A stretch of DNA of 63,611 nucleotides, filler included, from Reticulomyxa filosa (Eukaryota; Protista; Foraminifera): assembly GCA_000512085.1 (NCBI GenBank). It is 12 parts of 12 records of this genome, joined end to end, with 100 filler letters (N's around TTAATTAATTAA, not from the genome) between each part and the next. Parts side by side here need not be neighbours in the genome. Positions count along the whole stretch, not along the records: positions 48,302 to 51,042 come from ASPP01002071.1; positions 51,143 to 54,237 come from ASPP01001357.1; positions 54,338 to 55,555 come from ASPP01025706.1; positions 55,656 to 59,740 come from ASPP01002958.1; positions 59,841 to 62,491 come from ASPP01003148.1; positions 62,592 to 63,611 come from ASPP01027436.1; 6 more parts are not named here. The stretch is one strand, 5' to 3'. The position numbers and the translations under genes are program-made. Of the stretch, positions 49,858 through 63,239 are shown piece by piece. The notes under the pieces are model-generated. The model searched no databases. It saw only the letters and a program-made list of their open reading frames with translations, and was not told where the DNA came from. Position 1 is the stretch's first letter, and the number at the start of each line of letters is the position of its first letter.

Positions 49858-51012
49858 TTATTGCGTAGAACTAGCACTTGGAGTTTTCGAAAAAAGTTTG
49901 GAGAAAGAGCGTAGGCTTAAACTAAGTCTTTGAAGCGACTGTTTTGTGTCGTGTCTGTCACCAAGTAGTTGCAAATATGCTTCCTTACATTTGAGATTAT
50001 TGTGTAGTGCAGGCCTTTCTGTCAAGGTCGGACAAGGCCATGGCCACAAGTCACCAAAGTGTGATCTTTTGGCATCGGCATACATTTGATTTTTATTTTG
50101 ATTTTTGGTGATGATCCATTTTTCCAAATATCCATATTTTGAAGCATCTAAGCCTTCTTGTTGTTGAATATTGTAATGAGTAATTTTTTTGTTTTTCGCA
50201 CTATCCAATGTAATCGAAGCCGATGGTTTTTTAGTGTTCCAATGGATGCCACTGGCAAAAGGTTGTTCTGTGTGAATAGTAATAAAATTTTAAAAAAATG
50301 CACATACACATATGAAATAAATATCAAATTATGTATTTATTTGTTTGTTGATTGTTTATGTGTATTGAGACAATTCAAACCTTGATCAGAGTCAGTGTGT
50401 CTGGCATGAGCGGGGATGTCAGGCAGACACAAGTTCAATTCAAATCGATTGTTGAATGCCTTTGGATTGGAAATAATACGAGGCCAATGAAAGGCTGCCA
50501 ATTCGGCTTCGGCATGATTCATGAACTGATGTGGGACTTGTCCAACGGATTCGCCGACAATGCGAGGGATAAACCTTTTCCTAAAATGACATAAGAATAA
50601 GGGAATAACATTTGATTGATCGTTCGAACTGTCTTTCGATGCATTTTGCGATTTCGAATTACAAGCTTTTCCATCCTTTGTCCACCATGGCCTTGTTTGC
50701 GCACTGTTCGAAATGCCCTTCGTTCAATCTTTTGTTTTTTCTTTTCGCTCGGCCGAAAATGACACACACTGGGCGTCGTGTGTGAACTAACTCCTTGCAA
50801 AAAACGACAAATATTGTCAGGGCCCAAGGGACACTGCTTGTCATGCGGACACGGCGCAATAGTATACGTACCCGGCCTTGTTAAATCATCACTTGGAGGA
50901 TACTTGCTTAACAAATAGCTTCTTGCAAAATTTATCATATTAAATCCGTCTGCAGTACCTGCTTCAATCAGTACCAACACTTTCTTTGTGGCATGCCACA
51001 AGTCATCCAATA
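49858..51012 (-). CDS. RSM22: Mitochondrial small-subunit assembly factor Rsm22/METTL17, 3' part
   Basis: VLVLIEAGTADGF..I..AR, IAPCPHDKQCPL...CRF, YSYVILGKG, WPRII, LNLCLPD, YADAKRSHFGDLWPW. Homopolymer indel near 50571. Confidence 0.85.
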
Positions 51013-51042
51013 CCTTTTTTTTTTTTTTTTTTTTTTTTTTTT

Positions 51043-51142
51043 NNNNNNNNNNNNNNNNNNNNNNNNNNNNNNNNNNNNNNNNNNNNTTAATTAATTAANN
51101 NNNNNNNNNNNNNNNNNNNNNNNNNNNNNNNNNNNNNNNNNN
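51043..51142. other. Artificial contig linker
   Basis: N44-TTAATTAATTAA-N44. Confidence 0.98.
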
Positions 51143-51599
51143 AACTAACACTAATAACAAACTACAAATAAAACAAAAACTAAACATAAAAAACCAAGCA
51201 AAATCAGTTTTCACATTCAATAACAATTACATACCAATTAAAAATAAAAAACACAAAATACAAAAGTAATGCTTAAACACCAATTTAAAAAAAAACAAAA
51301 ATAAAAATTTTACCATGCAGATCATTGGCTCAACTCAGCATTTTCTATTTTTTGGTTTTTTTTCACGTTTGTTTGTTTTTTTTTTTTTTGCATAACCTAT
51401 CATGATGGAAAAATTAAGCATTATGAAAAAACACGTTTTTATTTGAAGGAGATTCCGAAATGGATTTTTTCTTGCATATTTGCATATTTGGATTCTCAAC
51501 GAAAAATTGCACTAGAAAATACTTTTTATTTTAAATAGATATGAATAACGAATGAGCATTAGAATGCGAAATAAAGTGGAGTAACTGAACAACAATATG

Positions 51600-52360
51600 A
51601 CACTCAATGATAAATGACTTAAGTTTCCTGTGATGATTTTGCAATAAGCTGATATTTGGTTGAATTTATGATACATTAAAGTCAAATTTTAGTTTATTTT
51701 TTGAGTAGTCAAGTGATGTTTAATTTGAGGATTATGTGTAGTGAAACTGATAAACAATAGCAACAACAAAGGCAATAATTAGCTTTTTTTGTTTTTTGGT
51801 GGATCGAACAAACATGAGTGACTGCATTGTTGATGAAATGTGCAAGTGTTTGTGGTAAATTGCAATTGCTGGATTTTTTCACAGACAATTCCAATCATCA
51901 CTTATCAATAAAATAACATTAGTGTGTTTGATTTGAATACATTTCATTTTATTAAACATTATACTTTACCAATTAGTAATTATATTTAATTTGGAAAATT
52001 ATCAAGTGCCGTTGTTTTGTAAAGATGCCAAATTGTCAATTGAACATGATGAAAATAACAACACTTTTCAATTTCATTAACTATCTGTTTGTGATAATAT
52101 TGCATCATTCAATTATTATGTATATGTATGTATCAATGATATCATCTTGTTCTCTGATGGATATAAGTGAATTTTAAGAAATATTGTTTCAATTCGAGAA
52201 AACAAATGGATGACACTTTACCCAGTTCTTATTTGATTGTGTTACAGTATTGAATGAAGAAGACAATCATATACATATCATTGGAAGAATGGATGATAAA
52301 TGCATAAGTATCAACTCACATGAAGGCAAAAGTGCTTGTATGTGATCATTCATAGTTGGT
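51600..52360 (+). pseudogene. Kelch-repeat protein pseudogene
   Basis: Fragments NNISVFDLNTFHFIKHYTLP, LSIEHDENNN, YVYVCINDIILF, SIRENKWMT and EEDNHIHIIG with stops and frameshifts. Confidence 0.7.
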
Positions 52361-54237
52361 AATTTGTTTATTTATTTTGATTGACAAAAATAAATGATAA
52401 ACAGACAAAAAAAGGAAATAAAATTAATTATTCACTAATTGCATATTTGCAAAAAAAGGAATTTTGATAAAAAACATTGAATAAAGACTGACTCTAAATT
52501 TAATGATCCAGTCTGGAAATGATCCGTAAACTGTGATGGGAATTATTTAAAATGAGTTTCAAAAAAAAAAATTCATATTCAATTATACGCTCTTATGCAT
52601 TCAAATTATCCATTTCCTATAATTTTATGTAAACTAGAAATTAATACCAAAAAATTCTTGTTAATTTCAAAAAAGTTTTTTTTAGAGAAGCAAAAATACT
52701 AAGAAATTAAAGGTTATTCTAGTTTCAACAATTTTAACTCATCATTTATTTCATTTGTTTGATGATTATTTAAAGTCCAGTGAATTGGATCAAATATGAA
52801 CACAATATCTCAAAACTGAATTCTGAATTTGTATTCAATTCACTCATTACTTTTTTCTCATTGTTTTTATTCAGTTCCTGCTTTTCCATGAACTCTAATT
52901 TATTTTCTTTCTTTCATTAGTTATATCCAACCATTTTTCATTATTAGTATTATTTTCCTTTTCTTCTAAATTTCTTCTAAATTTATTTTGTGATGCAAAA
53001 GTGATACTTATATGGTATTTTTTTATTGTTTTGTAAAAATATAAATTACACTCTGAATCAGTAAGAGGCTGTGTCTGCTCAATCGCAACTGACACTTACC
53101 ATTGCTTTGTTCAAGCTTTTTCTTGAATACATCTTCTTTTATCACGTCACCGTATAATTGTATCAATGCCTTCATTTCTGCTTCATGCTTTCCTGTCTTT
53201 GGCTCATTTGTATGTCTCCTGTAAGTTTAATAGGTGATTCATTAACGAGTGATAGTGGATTTGCACCATAATGCGTGAGTATATATGTACTTTCATAAGT
53301 CATCTCGAGTAATTGTTCAGAATTTACAATACACTTCCATAAATACTGATATTGCCTTTTTTTACTATTTGGGTTTTTGTTGTTGTTAAAGAGAAGCGGA
53401 AAAAAATATACTTTACAATTGTTCTGGATTTGTTGTTTTTTGAATGGAAATGTCATGATCGAAGGAATCAAGAAAATATTAATTCCTTGATCTTGCCATT
53501 AAAGATGAAAAGTATTTTATAAAAACAATTTGGTAGCTATTTATAAAAAATAATGGAGATATTATTTAAAAATCATTAAAATTAAATTAGATAAACTAAG
53601 ATCTGATAATTGTACATTTACTTGATCATTGTATTAAATGTAGTTATATCAGGAATAATCAATTGCTCAATTATTGTTTCTAAAATAAAATTTGTCCAAG
53701 TGATGTAAAAGCATAATGTGAAATATGATATCTGGAAGAATATATTTTAATTTCAATAACACTATAATTTTTTATGTTTTGATAGACTAAGTTGAATATT
53801 ATATTATTAAATGATTTAAGATATATAGAAATCTTTTCATCAAGTCATAAATTCGTCATATATTAATAATATTCTGCAATGGTTCACTTGGTTTGAGTAA
53901 CATTTTTATAAATAATTCTATACAAAAAGTACAACACTTGAAATATTTTGCCATTTATTTTGATGTTTGGATAAAATTTTCGTCATGCTTTTTAATTCTT
54001 TAAAAAACATTGAACGTAGCTTTTCAAATTTTTTAAACAACAAAGTAAAATAAAACACATCTTTCAATGCTTACATTCAATCAAATCAAACTTTACAAAC
54101 AAAAAACTTTCATTTCTTATTTGATAAAAACTAAATTATCCCCAAATACGAATGGGACCTTTGTTTGAACCATAACATAAATTCAAATCATATGTAGCAT
54201 CATTTGTCTTGTTTTCTTTTTCAATTCAATAAATTTA

Positions 54238-54337
54238 NNNNNNNNNNNNNNNNNNNNNNNNNNNNNNNNNNNNNNNNNNNNTTAATTAATTAANNNNNNN
54301 NNNNNNNNNNNNNNNNNNNNNNNNNNNNNNNNNNNNN
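54238..54337. other. Artificial contig linker
   Basis: N44-TTAATTAATTAA-N44. Confidence 0.98.
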
Positions 54338-54776
54338 TATTATTATTATTTATTTCTGTTGATACACTATTTATTTGATTTATATCATATAACATATCTA
54401 ATATATCTTCTATAAATATTTTTATTAACCAATTTATATTTTTACTTGAACATTCATATTTTTGTGAAGATAAATATATTTTATCAATTTTTGGACAATT
54501 ATTACTATAATTCTTTAATAATTCAACAATATTTTTTATTATTTTTGAATCATAATGTTTTGATATTTCATTCTCATTACATAAAATACGAAAATGTGAT
54601 AATAATAATATATGTATAAATAATATATATTCACATGTTGAATATAATGAATAATATGGTATAAGTTCTTTATTATTATTTATTTCTCTAGTTATTGCAA
54701 AACCAGGAATTCGATAAAATGAATCATTTCTTTTTGAATTTATTTCTTCTGTTATATATGCAAATATTTCATTCAC
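54338..54776 (-). CDS. Hypothetical protein fragment, extremely AT-rich
   Basis: About 145 codons stay open in very AT-rich DNA, running off the contig end. Confidence 0.45.
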
Positions 54777-55186
54777 AATAGATGCTTTGATTCTTTCTCA
54801 TATTTTCTGGATGCAGTATGCAATTCGCAAAATAGCATAAAAAATATCTGTCTCCCGAAACAAGTAAATTTGGATCCAACAAGGTTTCATCCAAGGTCAC
54901 GTTTTTTACTCCAGTAATAACTGAAGAAAAAGACATTGCTTCAAGTTCTGGAACAAAAATGTCAAGTAAGGATTTTTTTTAAGAAAAGGGAAGACAAAAA
55001 AAAAACTTTACGAACAAGCGAAAAGTGTTCATGTTTCAGTCAAATTGATTACTTTCAATCAGTGAACGCGTAAGAATGGTGAAATGCATAATGAATACAC
55101 TGACTGTAAACAATAAAAAGTGAATATAAACGGACCAAACAGTTTTTTGTTCCAACCGGCGTGGACCTTTTTTCATAATTGTTAAT

Positions 55187-55555
55187 ATGTCTGGCAACAA
55201 TCAACCGCCGTGGTTGCAAAATATAATCAAACAAGCTGAGTTTCAAGCACGACAACAAGTGGCCGATCATGTCAATAAGCAGATCCAAGGACAAATTCAA
55301 GCGTTGGGTGGGAATGCAAACGATTCTCTTGACGAAGCGATTGGAAACAGATTGGCAGAAAACTACGATGAAAAATGGATGGATATGTTAGTATCCCAAG
55401 GAAATCGAAACGAAGTGACCTCACAAAGCCATATATTGTCAACAAATGAGCGTGAAACAAACATGATAAACAACGTGATTACCCCATCCGGCTACCATAC
55501 TGTGATTACATCGATGAAGACCCAAACAACTACTCTTTTTGAATCGTTTTTTTTT
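55187..55555 (+). CDS. Hypothetical protein, N-terminal part
   Basis: ATG-initiated ORF MSGNNQPPWLQNIIKQ... open to the contig end. Confidence 0.5.
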
Positions 55556-55655
55556 NNNNNNNNNNNNNNNNNNNNNNNNNNNNNNNNNNNNNNNNNNNNT
55601 TAATTAATTAANNNNNNNNNNNNNNNNNNNNNNNNNNNNNNNNNNNNNNNNNNNN
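55556..55655. other. Artificial contig linker
   Basis: N44-TTAATTAATTAA-N44. Confidence 0.98.
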
Positions 55656-56479
55656 GGTGTTGCAGCTCGATGATCTTTTTCTCTTGTTGTTTGCTCAACA
55701 TGAAAAACTTGGCAATCCATGTTGCAGTGGACATGTTCAAAAAACTGAAGACAAGTTGAAAAGGAACAGAAAAAGTTTAATAATACAAGATTTTTAAATT
55801 TCTGTTGACTTTTATGATAAAAAAATGTGAGTATCTGTCTCAAAATAAATTTGTATAAAAAAAAAAATTGCACTAAAAAACAGCAATACACTTTTGAGGA
55901 AAAACAGACAAGAGGGGGCGACCCAAAGAAAATAACTTTTGCAAACTTAAACCTTTCATTATTTTTTTATAGTTAAGTTTGTTTGATATAAAAGAGTTCT
56001 TTAAGTGGATAGGTCAGGTCAGCAAACTGACTTTTCTCCACACACACAAACACATACACACACACCAAGTACATGAGTTGCCTCCCCCCCTTCCAACATT
56101 TATAATGAACACTCCAAACAAAAAAATAATAATAAAAATAGGATATTACATACTAATGGCGTGGGTGCTATCGTTCAAGCTAATCTTTGTTCAAAGTTAA
56201 AAATGCATAATTAAATTTGTCAATTAGCTTATTTTTTTTTGATCATCTAAATTTTTTTTTTAAATAAAAAAAAATTAATGGAATTGTGTGTGATATGTTG
56301 CCAAAAGAGTGATCAGATCGACGTCCTTTAATTTTTTTCAATCATATGCAAAAGGGTTTTTTTTTTATTGTTGTAAATATATTTTTGATTGTTGAGCTTT
56401 ATGGTATGATGTAAATAGGTTAAATCGCGGGGACATGGATGCTGTGGCTCAATTGATGGAAACAACACGATTGCCGATG

Positions 56480-56665
56480 GCAAAGGCCAACGCAAAGGCC
56501 AACAAATTGGGCGCAGAGGCCGACAGGTTGGACAAATAGGCCGATAAGTTGGAAACAGAAGCTGACAAGTTGGACACAGAGGCCGATAGGTTAGACGCTA
56601 AGTTGGACGCAGAAGCCAACAAGTTGGTTTTTGTGTCTAACTTATCGGCATCTGCGTCCAACTGT
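56480..56665 (+). repeat. 21-bp tandem repeat (EADKLDT heptads) with a terminal inverted copy
   Basis: Units like gaggccgacaggttggacaaa / gaagctgacaagttggacaca. The reverse complement of 56633-56663 reads agttggacgcagatgccgataagttagacac. Confidence 0.8.
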
Positions 56666-59600
56666 GACTCTGACAAAAAAATCCAACGAAGGGGCCAACG
56701 TGCGCTAACTATCCAATGAAATTGACAACCGAATAAGTGTTTATTTGTGATGAAATAAAACTATATTTTTTTAAAATGATTTTATAAAAATTAATTGGTG
56801 ATTATATATGTTACCAACATTGCTGCCAACAATAAATGCACCAACAAGAAGGTCGGTCAACTCGTAGGCACACTAGTTGTTCTAACAGAGTTCCCAACAA
56901 GAGCACCCACAAAAATCCAACAAGATTGCCAACAACAAAAAAAACAACAAATCAACTAACAAGAAAACAGGCTAGTAGACTAACTAGCCGTCCTACCAGA
57001 ATTACTATCAATTAAATTTTTATTTTTCTTTTTATATCAAACAAATTTTTAAACTTATTTTTGTACACAAAATATAGTCCCAAAAAAGATGCAAACAAAT
57101 GTTCCAATGTGAAATCTATTATTTATTCAATTGTTTCATTTATGACTTTCTATTATTCTGGAAATAAATACAAACATTTCAATTTTTTCATATTATGATA
57201 TTGTCAATTTTAATTTAATACTTAAATTAAATATCATACAAACACTTTATCTCATATTTCATTTGCTGATATTATCTGTTTTGAACAGTTCGACAAACTT
57301 ATTTGTAAGATTATTACTATCTGAAAAATTATATATTTTGTTGTTAAAAGCAATTACCAATTATATCTTTTTTATATAAAATTTAAATTTTTTTTTAAAA
57401 ATTTATTCATCAATTAAAATTCTGAATAATAAATATTAAAATCTTTAGTTAAAAAATTTTAAACCAAAATCAAAGTCATATTTACTTGTCAATTTTTTTT
57501 TATATAGAATTTATTTTATTTCATCAAAACAAATAAATAAATCAATCATTATTAATTGTGAAATATCACAAATACACATTTAATTTTTATATTAATCAAT
57601 ACTGTTATTTCTTCATCATCTTCCTCAAATGATATATAAATATATTCATATTATGGACTGTGGCAAAATATTTTGAAATATCATCCATTTATTTTTTTCG
57701 AATTGAATATTTGTACACTGATTTTGAAACATAAAGGATAATTTGATCCATCAAAAAATATCATATCTAAATAATTGTTCAATATCATCATAACAAATAG
57801 GTAATCTATAAAAACGAGATTATGAAAAAAGAAATGAATTAGTGACTACAATCATTGTAATTCTATTTGTTTCATTTCGTTTGTTTTTCTTTCTTTTCTG
57901 ATTTAATCATTATTATTTGTTGTTATGTCAAAATTGTTTTTTCATAGACTTATTTCCAAAGAGCATTATTCCAAAGATTTATCAAAAAATCAATGATCAA
58001 TGTAAAGTATATTACACAATCCAAAGGAATAATTTGCATAAAATTGTTAAATATATTCCATTTCCACATCCTGGCGTGCCTTATGAACAAAGTGCAAGAA
58101 AAGGAGAATAATGACACAGTGGAATTGCATTGCAAATCAATTTAGATAATGTTCTCAATTATTTTTGCCATTCCTGTTAAAGGACAAGAAGATCGAATTG
58201 ATGCAACACTGACTTGTCATTGCTTATTTTTTTTTTGTTTGATTTGGATGGATATTGTTGATGCTATTGTCTTGCAAAGATAGCGATCCGATTTTTTTGA
58301 AATTAGGTATTTCCAAATACCTGTTGATAATTGATAGATTTATCTTTCAATAATTCAATATGTTGTTTATCGTTTGAAATTCAAATTCACTTTGATGGAA
58401 TTTTTTAAATGAACGATTTGTTGATAAATTTTCAAGAAGAATTAAGATTAATACTTGGGAATCGCTTTACATAATTTATCCCAATGATAAGTAATTCATT
58501 TCAAGTTTTGATGTTTGCAAATTAAACAAATAAAGTGATTAATTTGCTCTTTCTGATTTAATTTAAAAAAAAGTCTCAAAGTTCTCTGGAGACATTCCAG
58601 TTTCTATTTTTTTCTATATTGCTCATTGTGCTAAGGAGCAACAATGAATTTATAAGTGAAATTAGAAATAGGAATTTGTGTGGAGAATTTCATTTGTATA
58701 TAAAAAGTCCAATCTATTCACTTAGTAGAAAACACATATTTAAAAATCACAATGGAAATACTAACTACTTTCGAAAGGACGCGATATCATTAACTTCTTT
58801 AAATTATATCAATTTCCACAAAAAACTCTCATTTTGTTATTTTATGGCAAATTCTCATGTGAGAAATTATTAGATATTAATATGTTTGATTCAAATACAT
58901 TTGAATTTATCAATTTCACATCCATATACAAGATACATTTTCACACCGGTGTTAAGTAAACTGCCCTGTTAAATGTGGATTATCATAAAATTGATAAATT
59001 CGTAATGTCGATGCTTTTTGAAATAATTTGTTGTAATTTAATTTTTAATATAAAAATTTAAATTTATAAAAAATATATATTTGTTATCAATTGTACAAAT
59101 TGTGATATGAAATTGATTCATATATAATGTCAAGATAAATATAGAAACATTCGATTGAATACTTTTGGTAAGTATCCACTCCAAGTAATCTCGGTTATAA
59201 TAATCACCAAATGGAATAATTTATATTGCCACTGAGTTTGATCACTTTTAAAAATAACAATATATCCAATTGTCAATATATTTTTTAACTTTATTGAAAT
59301 CTTGAAATTTGACTATTATTTTAAATATGTTTTCTTTTTCTCCATCTCTAAAAGGTATACCAAATTTCAGGAGGAATAAAGCATCTCAAAAAAGTACATT
59401 GTTGCAAATTGGTAAGAATTGCCACTCTCAAAAAAAAAGTAAAAAAACTAATAATAAGTAAAGACAAAGCAAACAGCAGTCAAAAACAATCATGCTTTCA
59501 CAATGAACAAACTTTGAAAATAACATTAAGTTCTGCAAAAAAAAAATTTTAGTTAACAAAAAATTGAATTTTCTCAAAAACTACGCAACGTAGAAGACTA

Positions 59601-59740
59601 ATCTTTTTTTTACAAATATCTACGCACTAAAGATTTTCTGAAAATACTTAAAAAAAAGCTGGCAAGTTTCATGGTTACGACATAGGCACGATTGTCAGTT
59701 TTTCTCGAAAATTTTCAAAATTAAATAAAAATATTACAAA

Positions 59741-59840
59741 NNNNNNNNNNNNNNNNNNNNNNNNNNNNNNNNNNNNNNNNNNNNTTAATTAATTAANNNN
59801 NNNNNNNNNNNNNNNNNNNNNNNNNNNNNNNNNNNNNNNN
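59741..59840. other. Artificial contig linker
   Basis: N44-TTAATTAATTAA-N44. Confidence 0.98.
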
Positions 59841-61083
59841 AAGGTGGCATTTTAGGTTCAACTTTCTTTTTTATCCTACTGTATATACTTTGTTGATTGT
59901 GTCAATCTTGTGATCTGAATTGACAATTTGATCTAGTATTTATATTGATCAATCTGTACATCTGGAACATCAACGTCATATGCATGAATAAATGTACTTG
60001 ACATTTTGTATGATTTCACTATCTAACTTATCTTCAAATCACTTAGTGATTGCTTATCTACAAATGATATGTCATATTATTATTCTTAACTTCTGGTTCA
60101 ATCGGAATAAATTTATGTAAAGATTTAATCCTTCTTGTCATAGTCTCAATTCAAATATTAGCATATGTTGTATTGCATTCACTTTGTTATATGCTATCGA
60201 TTTCATAACATTAAAAATATGCAAATTACAATTATATGTATTATCTACAATCTTTCTTGTATTATTCTGCCATATTCCAAAGATTAACTGATAATTGTTT
60301 TGTACAATAAATTATACCATAAATTTAGTTATACTTTTTGTATTGATTTAGTAATACCAAATACCAATTTCTTTGATTCTATGCATAAATATAGTTGATT
60401 TGTTCTTTAATTGTCTTCTTATTAACAGTCAATATCAAGTATTTCAAATGATCTGTTTCTTCAATATCATTCAAATTCAATTTCATGTTTATGTTTTATC
60501 TGGAGCAAAAAACATTTTCCATTTAAAGTTCATAATGGTAAATTATCCAAACTTGTTTGAATCGATTCATATTGTCTTTCTATATCTTTTTCATAACTAG
60601 TGTAAATTGATTTACACAATGCAACATCATCTACAACATTTATATTAAATTGTATTTTAAATAATACTAAATATTTATTTACAACAATATATTCTTCATT
60701 TAATCTAAATTTCTTTATAATCTTGTTTCTTAATCAATATATACATTATTATATGCTAAATAGATTTCTAATAATACTGCATATGATAATCAATCGTTAT
60801 CTGTATTTGCAATAATAATTAGACTTGTTGTGCCAAAATTGTAATAGTTTCACAGTTTCTTTCACTTTAGAACTTGAAGAAAAATTATTTTTGATTAGGA
60901 AAAGAATTACATAACGAAAATAGTGATGATTTGTACGATACTTCAAAATAGTAAAACTAAAACTTCCGCGAATGGCACCTAAAATACTGACTTCAACAAA
61001 CCTAACGTACCTTCAACAAAAACGACCAGTTTGCATCCCCCCCTCTAACAGGACAGATGGATCCAATTCAATCGTGAGTTTTC

Positions 61084-62164
61084 TCATCCGTAGTGGGCAT
61101 AGCTAAAACAAAAACACAGTTTTTTTCTTCATAATGTAGTTATAAATTCCATAATTTTTAAAAAACAAAAAGATAAAGATAAAAGAGTAATATTGCAAAC
61201 AGTTATACTCAGGACCAAATCTCTGATACAGTGTTTCAGGGCCAGTTTGGTAATTGTTATGTTGATTTTGACTGTGGCTGTGGCCGTTGCAATGCACGTG
61301 ACTATCACCATTTTGGAGTGATAGAGCCTCCATATGATGCGCTGGCAAAATAGAGGTAGCAGAGTTGGATGGCTGACACTTTGGCTTTTTGTCATCACGA
61401 GGAGGCTGATCTCTGACAATGACCTCCACCAGCATCTTGTTGACAGCGATATTGTTTTGCAATAAGATTGGCCAAACACAATATGAAATAACATTCGCGC
61501 AGTTATCACTGCCAAAGCATCTCTTATGCGAGTTTGGATCGAATTGGGTGGCCTCGCCGTTGCTATCAGTCATCTTGAACGTGGATGGGAACAGAGTCAG
61601 TTCGGGATCCTGCAGCAATGCACACCAGCTCCATAATTTCACTTTTTCTACGTACTCATCCACGCTCTTCAACATCTCTCTGTAATTATTGTTGAACAAC
61701 TGTGACCATGATTATTTAAACTTATGGGACACTCTTAAAAGAAAAGAAGTTAACTCAGGACAATCTACACTGAGGCCGATGAGATTGATAAACATCGCTT
61801 CGATATTGTCTCTATAGATGGTAGACTTGGAGTTGCCATACTTGCGCTGGTAATAAGGCAGCAATTGCTCAAAATATTTTCTCAAATAAAAATGGCACAA
61901 ATATTTGGTCAATTCTACTTCTTGTCCCTTTTCTTTGTCTTTATCGTGATGTATCTGTTTTTGACTGACTCCGATTACATGCGCCACTCCGAACAGCTCG
62001 GCCACGTCGTTATATATACGCGTCTTGTACGACTTCACTTCGGCATATACTTCGTGCAATAATTCAAACAACAATTTGTGACACACCTCCATTCGATTGT
62101 TGTTGTCGATAATTGGACAATTCGATTTCACAAACTTGAGCAACTGCTCTTGTGCCTTTCAATC

Positions 62165-62215
<51 letters not shown>

Positions 62216-62460
62216 GTTACTTTGTGCATGTGCGCGTACGTGCACTCTTGCATACATATACACACACATTGCAAACAAACACATAATACTGATTTGTATT
62301 GTTCATGGCGAATGTTTTCAAAAATTTGCACGCACTCCGAAACAAACGGAAAGTTTGAGGTAACATCGAAACCCAACATCCGATCTAATACATCATTTGG
62401 AAACATTGCCGTCTTTGCTTCCTCCTTTTCTTCTGTTATTGTTTGTCTATTCGTCCACAT
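61084..62460 (-). CDS. Mieap/SPATA18 C-terminal-domain-like protein, 5' truncated
   Basis: YVEKVKLWSWCALLQDPELTL...FDPNSHKR...VISYCVWPILLQ...VNKMLV resembles the MIEAP domain. Intron 62289-62156 verified in frame. In-frame TAA at 61714-61712 is unexplained. Confidence 0.55.
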
Positions 62461-62491
62461 TATTCATTCTTTTTTTTTTTTTTTTTTTTTT

Positions 62492-62591
62492 NNNNNNNNN
62501 NNNNNNNNNNNNNNNNNNNNNNNNNNNNNNNNNNNTTAATTAATTAANNNNNNNNNNNNNNNNNNNNNNNNNNNNNNNNNNNNNNNNNNNN
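62492..62591. other. Artificial contig linker
   Basis: N44-TTAATTAATTAA-N44. Confidence 0.98.
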
Positions 62592-63239
62592 GTCAATCGG
62601 TAAAATTCGTTTGTCATCTAATGACATGAAGTAGAGATATTCAAAGATTTTCCTAAAATATTTATTATATAAACAAGTGTATCTCTCCAAATAGAACATT
62701 CAAAAAACAAATAATTTAATACATTTTCTTTTTCTGTTGTTTTCAAGAAAATTGCAAACATGAAAAACTTGAGAATTGCACACTTTTTATTACTCAAGAC
62801 GTAATTATTAAAATTCTCTTTGCTTTTGACTTTTTTTTTATACTGTTGATTGCACTATTCACGTGGACTCTTTTCTTGGAAGGGGAAGGAAGCACATAAA
62901 ACAAAACAGATGGTAATTAAATCTTCAGACAAAAAGGAGTTGAGAAGTTTTGTGTCCAGAAATAGTTCAGTGTGAGAATTTTCTAATTCTCTCTTGCAAA
63001 TGCAAACAGGTTGAAAAAGAACAAATAGTAATGATGATTGATTTTTGTAAGTTTGGATTTATTTTTGAGCAAGAAAATCTTCAAATAGAAAGTTCTTCTG
63101 CTTTCCATAAAAAAAAGGGAATTACATTCTTCATTCATCAAAAACATAGATTTTTCCAAAAATAACAATTTTATTTCATTTTAAGTATTTGTACTTTTTT
63201 TTAGAAATTATTTCTTGAAACTCACAAATAACTCTTGTC

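Noticed and set aside
52560-54237. AT-rich decayed ORF-like sequence (also 35174-36865, 57100-59300, 59841-60900)
   Set aside because: Probably old gene relics, but no motif could be assigned with confidence.
56480-56665. CRISPR-like appearance of the 21-bp array
   Set aside because: No unique spacers, variation is codon-patterned, no cas genes, eukaryotic context.
17083-62591. TTAATTAATTAA palindrome recurring 11 times between N-runs
   Set aside because: Identical 44+12+44 layout each time; an artificial contig spacer, not a biological repeat.
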